A DNA stretch of 62,010 nt from Holophagales bacterium UBA2201. Its GTDB lineage: Bacteria; Acidobacteriota; Thermoanaerobaculia; UBA2201. The translations under genes and the position numbers were made by a program. Under the pieces are notes generated by a model, which was not told the origin of the DNA, did not search any database, and saw only the letters and a program-made list of their open reading frames with translations. The stretch covers positions 1-62,010 of the forward strand of contig DCUZ01000065.1 in the NCBI GenBank assembly GCA_002327305.1. Reading direction: 5' to 3'. Shown here piece after piece: positions 27,650-36,343 of the stretch (positions are counted from its first letter, which is position 1; each line of letters opens with the position of its first letter).

Positions 27650-28728
27650 TCGGCTTGAAATGGCTTCGGAAGATCCGCGTCACCAGCGCCATTAAGGCGG
27701 AGTGCGAAGAAAGGTACGGTCTGCGATCCACAACCTGGAAAACCAGATCGGACCGCACCCCCCCCTATGCCTCCTGCTACAACATTCCCAAGGACTGGCT
27801 GGAGGGCGTGGCCGCAGGGCGAGTCGTCACCTTCTGGGGAGCGTGGGGAGAGAAGTTCACGGGCGAGGTGATGGTGGGGCCCTTCGACGCGTGGTGGAAC
27901 CGGACGGTGGTATGGTCGGAAGGGAAGGTCGTCCGCCACGCCGATACAGGGGACCCGGGGGGGCGGATGGCGCCGCAAAGGGAACTGGAGGCCCTTTTGG
28001 AGGCGCATCCCGCCTTCGAGCGGTTGGGGGTCTCGTTCAAGGGGCTGAGCCTGAAGTTCGCCGGAGCGGGGGCTCCCCTCCTCCATCAAAGCATCGCCCT
28101 CGCCGTCCGCGTCACGGACCGGCTCCTGGCCCGGGAGGAGCCGCCCCTGCTGAAGGCGGCCAAGGCGGGCGGCCGCGATGCCGTCCGCTCCCTCCTGGAC
28201 GCGGGGGCCGACCCGGACGAGTTCGGGCCGGAGTTGAGGGAGTACGCCCGCTCGGCCTCCGGGCGCTACCGGTTCCATGACCGGCCCCTCCTGGCCGCCG
28301 TCATGAACGACGACGCGCCCATGGTGTCGCTCCTTATGGAACGCGGGGCCGATACGACGGTCAACCCCAACTACATCCTGTGGATCGCGCTGGAAAACGG
28401 GAAGAACCACGCCTTGCGCGCCCTGTTCCAGGGCGGCTTTAGGCCCTCCCCGTGGGGACTGCCCTATGGAGACCTCCATCCCCTCCCCTTCGCCGCTTCC
28501 AAGGGGGACCCGGAGGCGGTCCGGATCCTTCTGGAAGTGGGACTGGCCCCCGGCCAAAACGGGCCCCGCCTGTTGGACGACGCCCGGGCTCAGGCCTCGG
28601 GCCCCCGGAAGGAGGAGATCCGCCGCCTCCTGGAAGAGGCCGGGAGGAAGGAGGAAGCGGCCGCCGGCCGTCTATCGCTGGCCCCCGCGACGGGCGGGGC
28701 CGAACTGAGCCGGACGGAAGAGGACTGA
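27646..28728 (+). CDS. Ankyrin-repeat protein with Trp-rich N-terminal domain
   Basis: GTG overlaps the M28 TGA (GTGA). Ankyrin-like repeats (LLKAAKAGGRDAVRSLLDAGADPD, PLLAAVMNDDAPMVSLLMERGAD, PLPFAASKGDPEAVRILLEVG). The exact start is uncertain. Confidence 0.6.
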   Translation: MIGLKWLRKIRVTSAIKAECEERYGLRSTTWKTRSDRTPPYASCYNIPKDWLEGVAAGRVVTFWGAWGEKFTGEVMVGPFDAWWNRTVVWSEGKVVRHADTGDPGGRMAPQRELEALLEAHPAFERLGVSFKGLSLKFAGAGAPLLHQSIALAVRVTDRLLAREEPPLLKAAKAGGRDAVRSLLDAGADPDEFGPELREYARSASGRYRFHDRPLLAAVMNDDAPMVSLLMERGADTTVNPNYILWIALENGKNHALRALFQGGFRPSPWGLPYGDLHPLPFAASKGDPEAVRILLEVGLAPGQNGPRLLDDARAQASGPRKEEIRRLLEEAGRKEEAAAGRLSLAPATGGAELSRTEED

Positions 28729-28816
28729 TTTTCCTCCTCCCCGACCGGGAAACACCCTTCTTGATTTTTTATCCGTTTCAAGGGAAAATAGCTCGCAATC
28801 ATTCAAGGAGGTGCGC

Positions 28817-29581
28817 ATGAAGATCGCTGTTTGCATCGTCCAGGTTCCGGCCACGGACGCCAGGATCGTGATCCGGCCCGACGCGAGGGGGGTCGAAACG
28901 AAGGAGGTCAAGTTCGTCATCAGCCCCTACGACGAGTACGCCATCGAGGCGGCCCTGCAGTTGAAGGAACAAGCCGGGGGCGAGGTGGTCCTCATCACCG
29001 CGGGACCCGACCGCGCCCTCCAGGCCCTGCGCGAAGGGCTGGCCCTGGGGGCCGACCGGGCCGTCCACATCACCCTCACCGACGAATACCACGACGCCCT
29101 GGAGGTCGCCACCCTCCTGGCCGCCGCCCTTGGCAAGGAAGCGCCCGACCTGGCCCTCTTCGGCAAGTTGGGTGTGGGGTTCGACCACGGCGCCACCGGG
29201 GTGATGGTGGCCGCCATGCTGGACCGTCCGCACATCTCCATGGCCGCGAAACTGGAGATGGAGGGGACCACCCTCAAGGGGCGGCGGGAGATCGAGGGGG
29301 CCGCCGAGACCTATGCCATCGCCCTTCCCGCGGTGGTCACGACCGAAAAGGGGCTCAACAGCCCGCGCATCGCCAACCTCAAGGGGATCATGGCGGCCAA
29401 GAAGAAGCCCGTCGAGACCTTCGCCGCCGCCGACCTGGGCGCCGCCGCCCCGGCCCTGACCCTGGAAGGACTCCAGCCCCCGCCGAAGAAGGCCGCGGGA
29501 AAACTGATTTCGGACGAGGACCCCGCCAAGGCGGCCCGCGAACTGGTCCGGCTTCTCCGCGAAGAAGCCAAGGTCATCTGA
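28817..29581 (+). CDS. etfB: Electron transfer flavoprotein beta subunit
   Basis: MKIAVCIVQVP...ISPYDEYAIEAALQLKE. AAGGAGG RBS. Confidence 0.9.
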   Translation: MKIAVCIVQVPATDARIVIRPDARGVETKEVKFVISPYDEYAIEAALQLKEQAGGEVVLITAGPDRALQALREGLALGADRAVHITLTDEYHDALEVATLLAAALGKEAPDLALFGKLGVGFDHGATGVMVAAMLDRPHISMAAKLEMEGTTLKGRREIEGAAETYAIALPAVVTTEKGLNSPRIANLKGIMAAKKKPVETFAAADLGAAAPALTLEGLQPPPKKAAGKLISDEDPAKAARELVRLLREEAKVI

Positions 29582-29591
29582 GGAGGACGCC

Positions 29592-30566
29592 ATGGCCCAC
29601 ATTCTCTGTTTCGTCGAAGTGCGCGAATCCCAGGTCCGCAAGGCATCGCTGGAGGCCGTCTCGGTGGCCCGCGGTTTGGCGACCGCCAACGGCTGGTCCG
29701 TCGAGGCCGCCGTCCTCGGCCCGGCGGGGGCCGACCAGCTCGACAAGGTCAAGGCCGCCGGCGCCGACACGATCCACCACGCCGCCGACGCCGCCCTCGC
29801 CCTCTACTCCCCCGACCTCTACGCCGCCGCTCTCCTCGGGCTCATCCAGGCGTCGAAGCCCGAGGCCGTCCTCCTGGGCCACACCGCGATGGGCCGCGAC
29901 CTCTCGGCCTACCTCGCGGGCAAGCTCAAGACCGCTGTCGCCGGCGACGCCGTCAAGGTGGAGTTCGCCGGCGGGTTCAAGGTCGTCCGCCCCATGTACG
30001 CCGGGAAAGCGCTGGCCACCGTCTCCGTCAACGCGGGCTTCCTGCCCCTGATCACCCTCCGCCCCAACATCTTCCCGGTCGGCTCCACCGCCGGCAAGGG
30101 CGAGGTGAAGCCCCTGGCCCTCCCTTCTCTCGCTCCGAAAACCCTCTGCGCGGGGCTGGAGAAGCCCGAGTCGGCAGAGATCGACGTGGCCGAGGCCGAC
30201 GTCATCGTCAGCGGCGGCCGCGCCATGAAGGGCCCCGAGAACTTCGCCATCCTCAAGGAACTGGCCGCCGAGCTGGGGGCCGCCGTGGGCGCCTCCCGCG
30301 CCGCGGTGGACTCCGGGTGGATCGGCCACCCGCACCAGGTGGGGCAGACGGGCAAGACCGTCTCGCCCAACCTCTATATCGCCTGCGGCATCTCCGGGGC
30401 CATCCAGCATCTGGCCGGGATGTCCTCCTCCAAGATCATCGTCGCCATCAACAAGGACAAGGAGGCCCCCATTTTCCAGGCGGCCGACTACGGCGTCCTG
30501 GGCGACCTGTTCCAGATCGTCCCGCAGGTGACCCGGGCCCTCAAGGACCTCAAGAAGGAGGGCTAA
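29592..30566 (+). CDS. etfA: Electron transfer flavoprotein alpha subunit
   Basis: C-terminal FAD-binding region [27 protein letters not shown]. Confidence 0.9.
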   Translation: MAHILCFVEVRESQVRKASLEAVSVARGLATANGWSVEAAVLGPAGADQLDKVKAAGADTIHHAADAALALYSPDLYAAALLGLIQASKPEAVLLGHTAMGRDLSAYLAGKLKTAVAGDAVKVEFAGGFKVVRPMYAGKALATVSVNAGFLPLITLRPNIFPVGSTAGKGEVKPLALPSLAPKTLCAGLEKPESAEIDVAEADVIVSGGRAMKGPENFAILKELAAELGAAVGASRAAVDSGWIGHPHQVGQTGKTVSPNLYIACGISGAIQHLAGMSSSKIIVAINKDKEAPIFQAADYGVLGDLFQIVPQVTRALKDLKKEG

Positions 30567-30572
30567 GGGCCC

Positions 30573-32534
30573 ATGCCCACGGTGCATCCGTTCCTCTCCG
30601 CCGCCGTCATCGCCGCCGGCCTGCTCCTCCTGGCGTGGTCGCTCTACCGGCGCTACCTCCCCCTGCGCACCTCCCGCCCCGTCGAGTTGACCGGCACCGC
30701 CTGGGACCGGTGGAAATCGCTGGCCGAGTACGTGTTCCTCCAGCGGAGGATGTTCCGCGACCCCTTCGCCGGGTTCTACCACGCCCTCATCTTCTACGGG
30801 TTCGTCGTCTTCGGCCTCAAGTCGCTTTCGCTCCTGTTGGAGGGGTTCGGCCTGGACCTCGGGGTCCAGCATTTCGGCCCCTATCAATTAAGCAAGGATA
30901 TTTTCATCGTCCTTACCCTGGCCGGCATCCTCCTCGCCGTGGCGCGGCGCCTCTTCTTCCGCCCGGAACGGCTGAAGAATTCGTTCGACGCCTTCCTCGT
31001 CCTTTTCCTCATCGCGGCCCTGATGGTCACCGACGGCCTCACCGACGGGGCCGCCATCCTCCTGCAGGACCCGGCGTGGAAGGGATGGGCCCCGGTTTCG
31101 TCCCTCTTCGCCTCCTTCATCCCCCCTCAGGGCGCCGCGACGGTCTACCTGTGGTCGTGGTGGGTCCACCTCCTGGTCCTGCTGGGGTTCATGAACGAAC
31201 TCCCCTTCAGCAAGCACTTCCACGTCTACACCTCCGCCCTCAACGTCTGGTTCCGCCCCCTCGACCCGCCGGGGAAACTGCCCGGCATGGACTTGGAGGC
31301 CCTGGACGAGAACAGCCGCCTCGGCGTCTCGGCCCCCACCGATTTCACTTGGAAGCAGACGCTGGACTTCTACACCTGCACCGAGTGCGGCCGCTGCCGC
31401 GAGTTCTGCCCCACGCGCCTCACCGACAAGCCCCTCTCCCCCATGGAGTTCGGCCTCGCCTGCCGCGACCTCGTCTATGCCGGCAACGGCAACCTGGCGG
31501 CCGCCGAGGTGGACCTGCCGCAGGGTGAGGTCCCGGCACTGATCGGCGAGAGCATCACCGAGGACACCCTCTGGGCCTGCACCACCTGCCGCTATTGCGA
31601 GGCTGCGTGCCCGCTGTTCATCTCGTATGTGGACAAGATCGTCGGGATGCGCCAGCACCTGGTGATGGAAAAGTCCGAGTTCCCCCCCGAGGCCGCCGTT
31701 GCGTTCAAAGGCATGGAGGTCAACGGCAACCCCTGGAACATGCCGCGCGACACCCGCACCGACTGGTGCGAGGGGCTGGACATTCCACTGGCCTCGGAGA
31801 AGAAGACCGAATGGCTCTTCTGGGTGGGATGCGCCGGCTCCTACGACGACCACGGCAAGAAGATGGCCCGGATGACGGTGGACCTCCTGCGCAAGGCGGG
31901 GCTCGACTTCGCCATCCTGGGCCCCGAAGAATCGTGCACCGGCGACTCGGCCCGCCGCATGGGGAATGAGTACCTCTTCCAGATGATGGCCCAGGCCAAT
32001 GTCGAGGTCCTCAACGGCCACGGCGTCAGGAAGATCGTCACCTTCTGCCCCCACTGTTTCAATACTCTCGCCCACGAGTACCCCCAGTTCGGCGGGAAAT
32101 ACGAAGTCTTCCATGTCACCGAGGTGCTGGCCCGCGCCATCGCCGAGGGCAAACTGGCCTTCACCACCACGCTGGGCCTCGAACTGACCTATCACGACTC
32201 CTGCTACCTGGGGCGCTACAACGGGATCATGGACGCCCCGCGGTTCGTCCTGGAGCACCTCCCCGGGGTAAAGGTCAAGGAGATGGAACTCTCGAAGGAG
32301 AAAGGGATGTGCTGCGGGGCCGGCGGCGGCCGCATGTGGCTGGAGGAGAAACTGGGGACGCGCATCAACCACCTGCGCCTCGACCAGGCCCTGGCCACCG
32401 GGACGAAGGGGGTCGCCCTCTCCTGCCCCTTCTGCTACATCATGCTGGAAAATGCCACCAAGGAAAAAGGCAAAGAGGACTTCCAGGTTCACGATATTCT
32501 GGAGCTGGCTCACAAGGCGCTTCGGCAAGGGTAG
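30573..32534 (+). CDS. Membrane-bound Fe-S oxidoreductase (N-terminal multi-TM domain, 2x[4Fe-4S], CCG domains), Etf-associated
   Basis: CTECGRCREFCP and CTTCRYCEAACP cluster motifs. CCGAGGG (CCG domain). About 5-6 N-terminal TM helices. Confidence 0.85.
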   Translation: MPTVHPFLSAAVIAAGLLLLAWSLYRRYLPLRTSRPVELTGTAWDRWKSLAEYVFLQRRMFRDPFAGFYHALIFYGFVVFGLKSLSLLLEGFGLDLGVQHFGPYQLSKDIFIVLTLAGILLAVARRLFFRPERLKNSFDAFLVLFLIAALMVTDGLTDGAAILLQDPAWKGWAPVSSLFASFIPPQGAATVYLWSWWVHLLVLLGFMNELPFSKHFHVYTSALNVWFRPLDPPGKLPGMDLEALDENSRLGVSAPTDFTWKQTLDFYTCTECGRCREFCPTRLTDKPLSPMEFGLACRDLVYAGNGNLAAAEVDLPQGEVPALIGESITEDTLWACTTCRYCEAACPLFISYVDKIVGMRQHLVMEKSEFPPEAAVAFKGMEVNGNPWNMPRDTRTDWCEGLDIPLASEKKTEWLFWVGCAGSYDDHGKKMARMTVDLLRKAGLDFAILGPEESCTGDSARRMGNEYLFQMMAQANVEVLNGHGVRKIVTFCPHCFNTLAHEYPQFGGKYEVFHVTEVLARAIAEGKLAFTTTLGLELTYHDSCYLGRYNGIMDAPRFVLEHLPGVKVKEMELSKEKGMCCGAGGGRMWLEEKLGTRINHLRLDQALATGTKGVALSCPFCYIMLENATKEKGKEDFQVHDILELAHKALRQG

Positions 32535-32859
32535 GGTCGGGGAGCGCGCCGCGGCCGCCCGCCTTCGGGAGGAGGGCTACACCCTTATCGAAATGAACTG
32601 GCGGTGCCGCGCCGGCGAGATTGATATCGTCGCCCGCGAGGGGGACACCCTCTGCTTCGTGGAGGTCAAGCGCCGCCTCACCCTCGGCGCCGGCCGCCCT
32701 GAGGAGGCCTTCACCCCGAAAAAACGGCGCAAACTCGAATCCCTCGCCGCCCTCTACTGCAAGGCCAAAGGGCTGCCGGCCCAGCCCATGCGCATCGACA
32801 TGGTTGCAGTGGACGAGTCGTCGGGGAGGAGGGAGATCAGGGTGTATCGCGGTGTTTGA
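32452..32859 (+). CDS. yraN: YraN family (UPF0102) endonuclease-like protein
   Basis: GERAAAARLREEGYTLIEMNWRCRAGEIDIVA...FVEVKRR. The start is uncertain. The only ATG overlaps the upstream gene by 83 nt. Confidence 0.7.
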   Translation: MPPRKKAKRTSRFTIFWSWLTRRFGKGRVGERAAAARLREEGYTLIEMNWRCRAGEIDIVAREGDTLCFVEVKRRLTLGAGRPEEAFTPKKRRKLESLAALYCKAKGLPAQPMRIDMVAVDESSGRREIRVYRGV

Positions 32860-32937
32860 ATCGTGCCGGGAGGATCCCCTTCGTCTCGCCCCCCCGTAAG
32901 CCCCTCCCGCAGAAGTTCGTAGGGGCGGATTGCCCTC

Positions 32938-33093
32938 GTCCCATACCCCCGCCCATTCCGCCCGGTGCTTATCGTACGCGGGCGGGTCTGCACGCGGACT
33001 CAAGACGCGGGTAACCCGTCCCTGCATGCCTATTGATCGGCATTTCATCCGTTTTGCATTCGTCGGGGCGCATTGCCCCCATCCCGTACTCGC
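32938..33093 (+). repeat. Direct repeat copy A (~156 bp) upstream of the zeta-like cassette
   Basis: Positions 32944-33035 align without gaps to 34000-34091 with 6 mismatches in 92 nt (manual alignment). The remainder aligns with indels. Confidence 0.85.
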
Positions 33094-33192
33094 GCCCGTT
33101 CCGCCCGCACGTATTCCATGGTTTGACTTCACAACCCCTGGGTGATACGATTTGCCTATCATGACCTCCTTTGCCATGCGGAGAGCATCTTT

Positions 33193-33384
33193 ATGACTGA
33201 CCCTCGGGACCATGTGGCCGATGCGTTTACCGTGGAAGCGGGGGAAGAGCACCTCCAAGTGTTGATCGCGGAAGCTGGGGAGGAGGCCCGGCGCCGCAGG
33301 CGTGAGGCGATGGAACGCCATCAAGCCGCGATCCGCTCCGCGATCGCCGAAGCCGCGGACCAAGCCCAACCGACGCGGTCATGA
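33193..33384 (+). CDS. Putative antitoxin (63 aa, acidic/helical)
   Basis: GGAGAG RBS 8 nt upstream. ATGA overlap with the downstream P-loop gene. Confidence 0.5.
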   Translation: MTDPRDHVADAFTVEAGEEHLQVLIAEAGEEARRRRREAMERHQAAIRSAIAEAADQAQPTRS

Positions 33385-33995
33385 CGGAAGGGTTGAAACC
33401 CCGATTGATCGTCGTGGCCGGCCCAAACGGCTCCGGAAAAACCACCATCACCGACAAATTGCTCCGCCATGAGTGGATGGAGGGGTGCGTTTACATCAAC
33501 CCGGACCAGATCGCTCAGATTGAATTCGGGGATTGGAACAGGCCGGAAAACGTGCTGAAAGCGGTTCAGCGGGCCCAGGAGATGCGGGAAGCGTGCCTGT
33601 CGAGCGGGACCAGCTTGGCCTTTGAAACCGTCTTTTCCGCACCCGACAAAGTGGATTTTCTTCACCGCGCCAGGACGGCCGGTTTTTTCGTCCGCTTATT
33701 CTTTATCTGCACCGATGATCCCACCATCAACGCCCAACGCGTCGCCCTCCGGGTGATGGAAGGCGGCCACGACGTTCCCATCGCCAAGATCATCAGCCGC
33801 TACTATCGCTCCCTCGCCAACTGCGTGGTGGTTGTGCCTTGGATCGACCGTGCCTATTTATACGACAACTCCGTGACGGATGCCGACCCGCGCCTGATGT
33901 TCCGGGTGATGGAAGGCCGCATCGCCAAATCCTATGGTGCTATGGCTCCCTGGGCTGAAAAGGTTGCCAACACTCTCCTAACCTCCCGGCGGTGA
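33381..33995 (+). CDS. Zeta-toxin-like / COG4185-type P-loop kinase
   Basis: Walker A GPNGSGKTT near the N-terminus. About 200 aa. HDVP and RY motifs typical of zeta/AAA_33-like kinases, from memory. Confidence 0.65.
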   Translation: MTEGLKPRLIVVAGPNGSGKTTITDKLLRHEWMEGCVYINPDQIAQIEFGDWNRPENVLKAVQRAQEMREACLSSGTSLAFETVFSAPDKVDFLHRARTAGFFVRLFFICTDDPTINAQRVALRVMEGGHDVPIAKIISRYYRSLANCVVVVPWIDRAYLYDNSVTDADPRLMFRVMEGRIAKSYGAMAPWAEKVANTLLTSRR

Positions 33996-34136
33996 CCCGT
34001 ACCCCCGCCCATTCCGCCCGGTGTTTATCGTACGCGGGCGGGTCTGCACGCGGGCCCACGACGCGGGTAACCCGCCCCTACATGCCTATTGCATCTTTTT
34101 TGCATTCGGGGCGGATTGCCCCCGTCCAGTACCCTC
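33994..34136 (+). repeat. Direct repeat copy B (~143 bp), starting at the zeta-like stop codon
   Basis: See copy A. It contains the stem GGGCGGGT/ACCCGCCC. In copy A the same stem is kept by a G-T wobble (ACCCGTCC). Confidence 0.85.
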
Positions 34137-34154
34137 GGTTTAGCCTCCCGCAGA

Positions 34155-34189
34155 AGTTCAGCGTTGAGAGTTCGGAGTTCAGAGTCCGC
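34155..34189. repeat. Heptamer tandem array (agttcag cgttgag agttcgg agttcag agtccgc)
   Basis: Five 7-nt units. Confidence 0.7.
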
Positions 34190-34240
34190 CACCCATCCGG
34201 AAGCTCGCATCAGAGGGCAGTTCGGTTCCCCATTTTCCCC

Positions 34241-34268
34241 TTCCGCCTTCAGCCTTCCTTCTTCCTCC
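34241..34268. repeat. Heptamer tandem array (ttccgcc ttcagcc ttccttc ttcctcc), reverse complement of the GGCGGAA class
   Basis: Spans the stop codon (34249-34251) and the last codons of the DUF368 gene. Confidence 0.7.
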
Positions 34269-35349
34269 CGCTCCTCCGGTCCACCGCGTCGAAGAAGGCC
34301 ATGATGAGGCACCCGGCGGCAAAGCAGATGACCGTGGCCGCGATGGTCCCCGCCGGGACGGGGCCCCCGGCCGATGGCCAGTAATTGTGCTGGGTGTACA
34401 GGCGGACGCCCCTGACGAGTTCAACCGCCCCGTTGACCCGTTCGTAGAGGTCGGCGACGATGAAGGTCTTGAACGGCCAGAGGGTGTAGAGCGACCCGAA
34501 GATCAGCCCCGTCAGGAAGGCCAGCGTGCCGTCCGGATACCGCCGGAGGAGGACCCGCACGAGGCGGACGAACGCCGCCAGCCCCGCCACGCTCCCGAGG
34601 ACGAACCAACAGAGGACCCCCAGGTCATGGGGCAGGCCGCCGGCCGCGCCGCCCGTGAGGGCGCGCCGGACCCCCGAGACCGACGCGACCACCGTGAAAT
34701 ACTCCCCCAGGAGGATGAGGACGAAGGAGCCGCTGATCCCCGGCAGGACCATCGCCGAGATGGAGAGCACCCCGCAGAAGACCAGGTATCCGGCCGACGC
34801 GGGCCCCAGACCCTCCGCGAGCGGGTCGCCGTCCGCCAGCTCGCCGGCCAGCAGGGCGGACTTCTCGAGGGCTTTCTGCGAGGGGTCCACGGCGGCGGAG
34901 ATCCACACGGTCAGGGCGGCGGCGGCGCAAAAGGCCAGAATCTGGACCGCCCCTTTTTTCCGGATCATCCGGTACGGAATGGGCGCCGAAAAGAGGATGA
35001 GGCCGAGAAAGAATCCATAGACCCCCTCGCGGTGATGGATCAGGAGATACTCCATCAGCGACGAGGTCAGGACGATGGCCGAGAGGGCCCCCAGGACGAC
35101 GCGGGCGAGGAACCACAGGTCGGTCTCGGCCGCCAGTTCCATGAACCGGCGCCGCGAGGCGGCCCTCCACGGCCTGGACGCGGCCGGGACGAAGGCGCCG
35201 ATCCGGCGGAGGGTGAAGGCGCTGATGGAGGCGATGAGGCGGTCGTAGATGCCCAGGATCAGGGCGAAGGTCCCCCCCGATATCCCCGGGATGATGTTGG
35301 CGATCCCGATCAGGAGCCCCTTGCCGAAATCGTTGGCTTCCCTCTTCAT
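34249..35349 (-). CDS. DUF368 family membrane protein (PopT-like polyprenyl-phosphate transporter family)
   Basis: GLLIGIANIIPGISGGTFALILGIY and a second PGISGSF half-repeat. Start at MKREANDF. Confidence 0.8.
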   Translation of the reverse strand: MKREANDFGKGLLIGIANIIPGISGGTFALILGIYDRLIASISAFTLRRIGAFVPAASRPWRAASRRRFMELAAETDLWFLARVVLGALSAIVLTSSLMEYLLIHHREGVYGFFLGLILFSAPIPYRMIRKKGAVQILAFCAAAALTVWISAAVDPSQKALEKSALLAGELADGDPLAEGLGPASAGYLVFCGVLSISAMVLPGISGSFVLILLGEYFTVVASVSGVRRALTGGAAGGLPHDLGVLCWFVLGSVAGLAAFVRLVRVLLRRYPDGTLAFLTGLIFGSLYTLWPFKTFIVADLYERVNGAVELVRGVRLYTQHNYWPSAGGPVPAGTIAATVICFAAGCLIMAFFDAVDRRSGRKKEG

Positions 35350-35602
35350 CGCGCGGCCCCGCCGTCTCCCTGATCGGACCGGCGGGGGGCGCCGCCCGAC
35401 CCTCCGACCCCCGGGGACCCCGCGCGGCCGGGCGGGAGGCCTTGTCGCGCTGTTCGCCGGTCCGTTGCCCGGTCCCGGCGGCGAAAGCAGGATGGATGCA
35501 TGGCTATCCAATACCTCATGGCGGGGGGGGTTGTCAAGCGCGGCGCGCAGAGGATGGCCGACCGGAGCGTCGGCCCCGCATCCTTCCACCCTCCGTCCGC
35601 TT

Positions 35603-35611
35603 TGTTATAAT
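35603..35611 (+). promoter_or_regulatory. Extended -10 TGTTATAAT 8 nt upstream of ATG 35620 (leaderless candidate)
   Basis: TGn-TATAAT with no SD before the ATG. Confidence 0.4.
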
Positions 35612-35619
35612 GATTCCCC

Positions 35620-36333
35620 ATGGCTGAACGCCCCGCGCCCCCCCTGCCCCCCGTCAGCGTCCTGATGCCGGCCTATAACGAAGAGGCCGGGATCGCCTTC
35701 ACCGTGGAAACCACCTCTCCGGTCCTGGACCGCCTCTTCGACGACTACGAGCTGATCGTCATCAACGACGGCTCCCGGGACGGCACCGCGGCCGTCCTGG
35801 AGGGGCTCCAACCCCGCTTCCCCCGTCTCAAAGTTCTGTCCTATGCCCCCAATCGGGGATACGCCGAGGCCCTGAGGCGCGGCTTCGCCGCCTCCTCCAA
35901 GCCGTTCGTCTTTTTCACCGACGCCGACCTGCAATTCGACGTGGCCGAACTGCCCCTCCTGTTCGAGGCCCTCGGGGACGGCGCCCTCGCCGTGGGGTTC
36001 CGGAAGGACCGCCGGGACCCGTGGCACCGGAAGATCTATTCGCGGACTTATAATTGGATGCAGAGGACCCTGCTGGGCATCCACGCCACCGACATCAACT
36101 GCGCCTTCAAATTGTTCCGCCGCGAGTTCATCACCGGCATCCCCCTCCATGCCGAATCGTTCGTCATCAACGCCGAGATCTTCCTCCGCGCCCGCCAGCG
36201 CGGTCTTTTGGTCGCCGAGGTCGGGGTGACCCACCGCGAGCGGGCCCGCGGCTCCACCACCGTGCGCCCCTCCACCGTCCTCCGGACGCTTGGGGAGATG
36301 GTCCGCCTCCGCTTCGCCCGCGTCCGCGCCTGA
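35620..36333 (+). CDS. GT2 family glycosyltransferase (polyprenyl-phosphate glycosyltransferase-like)
   Basis: SVLMPAYNEE, INDGSRDGT and TDADLQ motifs. Confidence 0.85.
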   Translation: MAERPAPPLPPVSVLMPAYNEEAGIAFTVETTSPVLDRLFDDYELIVINDGSRDGTAAVLEGLQPRFPRLKVLSYAPNRGYAEALRRGFAASSKPFVFFTDADLQFDVAELPLLFEALGDGALAVGFRKDRRDPWHRKIYSRTYNWMQRTLLGIHATDINCAFKLFRREFITGIPLHAESFVINAEIFLRARQRGLLVAEVGVTHRERARGSTTVRPSTVLRTLGEMVRLRFARVRA

Positions 36334-36343
36334 AGGTCGGCTC

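Noticed and set aside
32938-34136. Direct repeats as a DGR template/variable repeat pair, or as proven integron attC sites
   Set aside because: No reverse transcriptase is present. The 6 mismatches are not adenine-specific, and the repeats are intergenic. For attC, I could not identify R''/R' core sites, and no integrase is present. The idea is kept only as a testable hypothesis.
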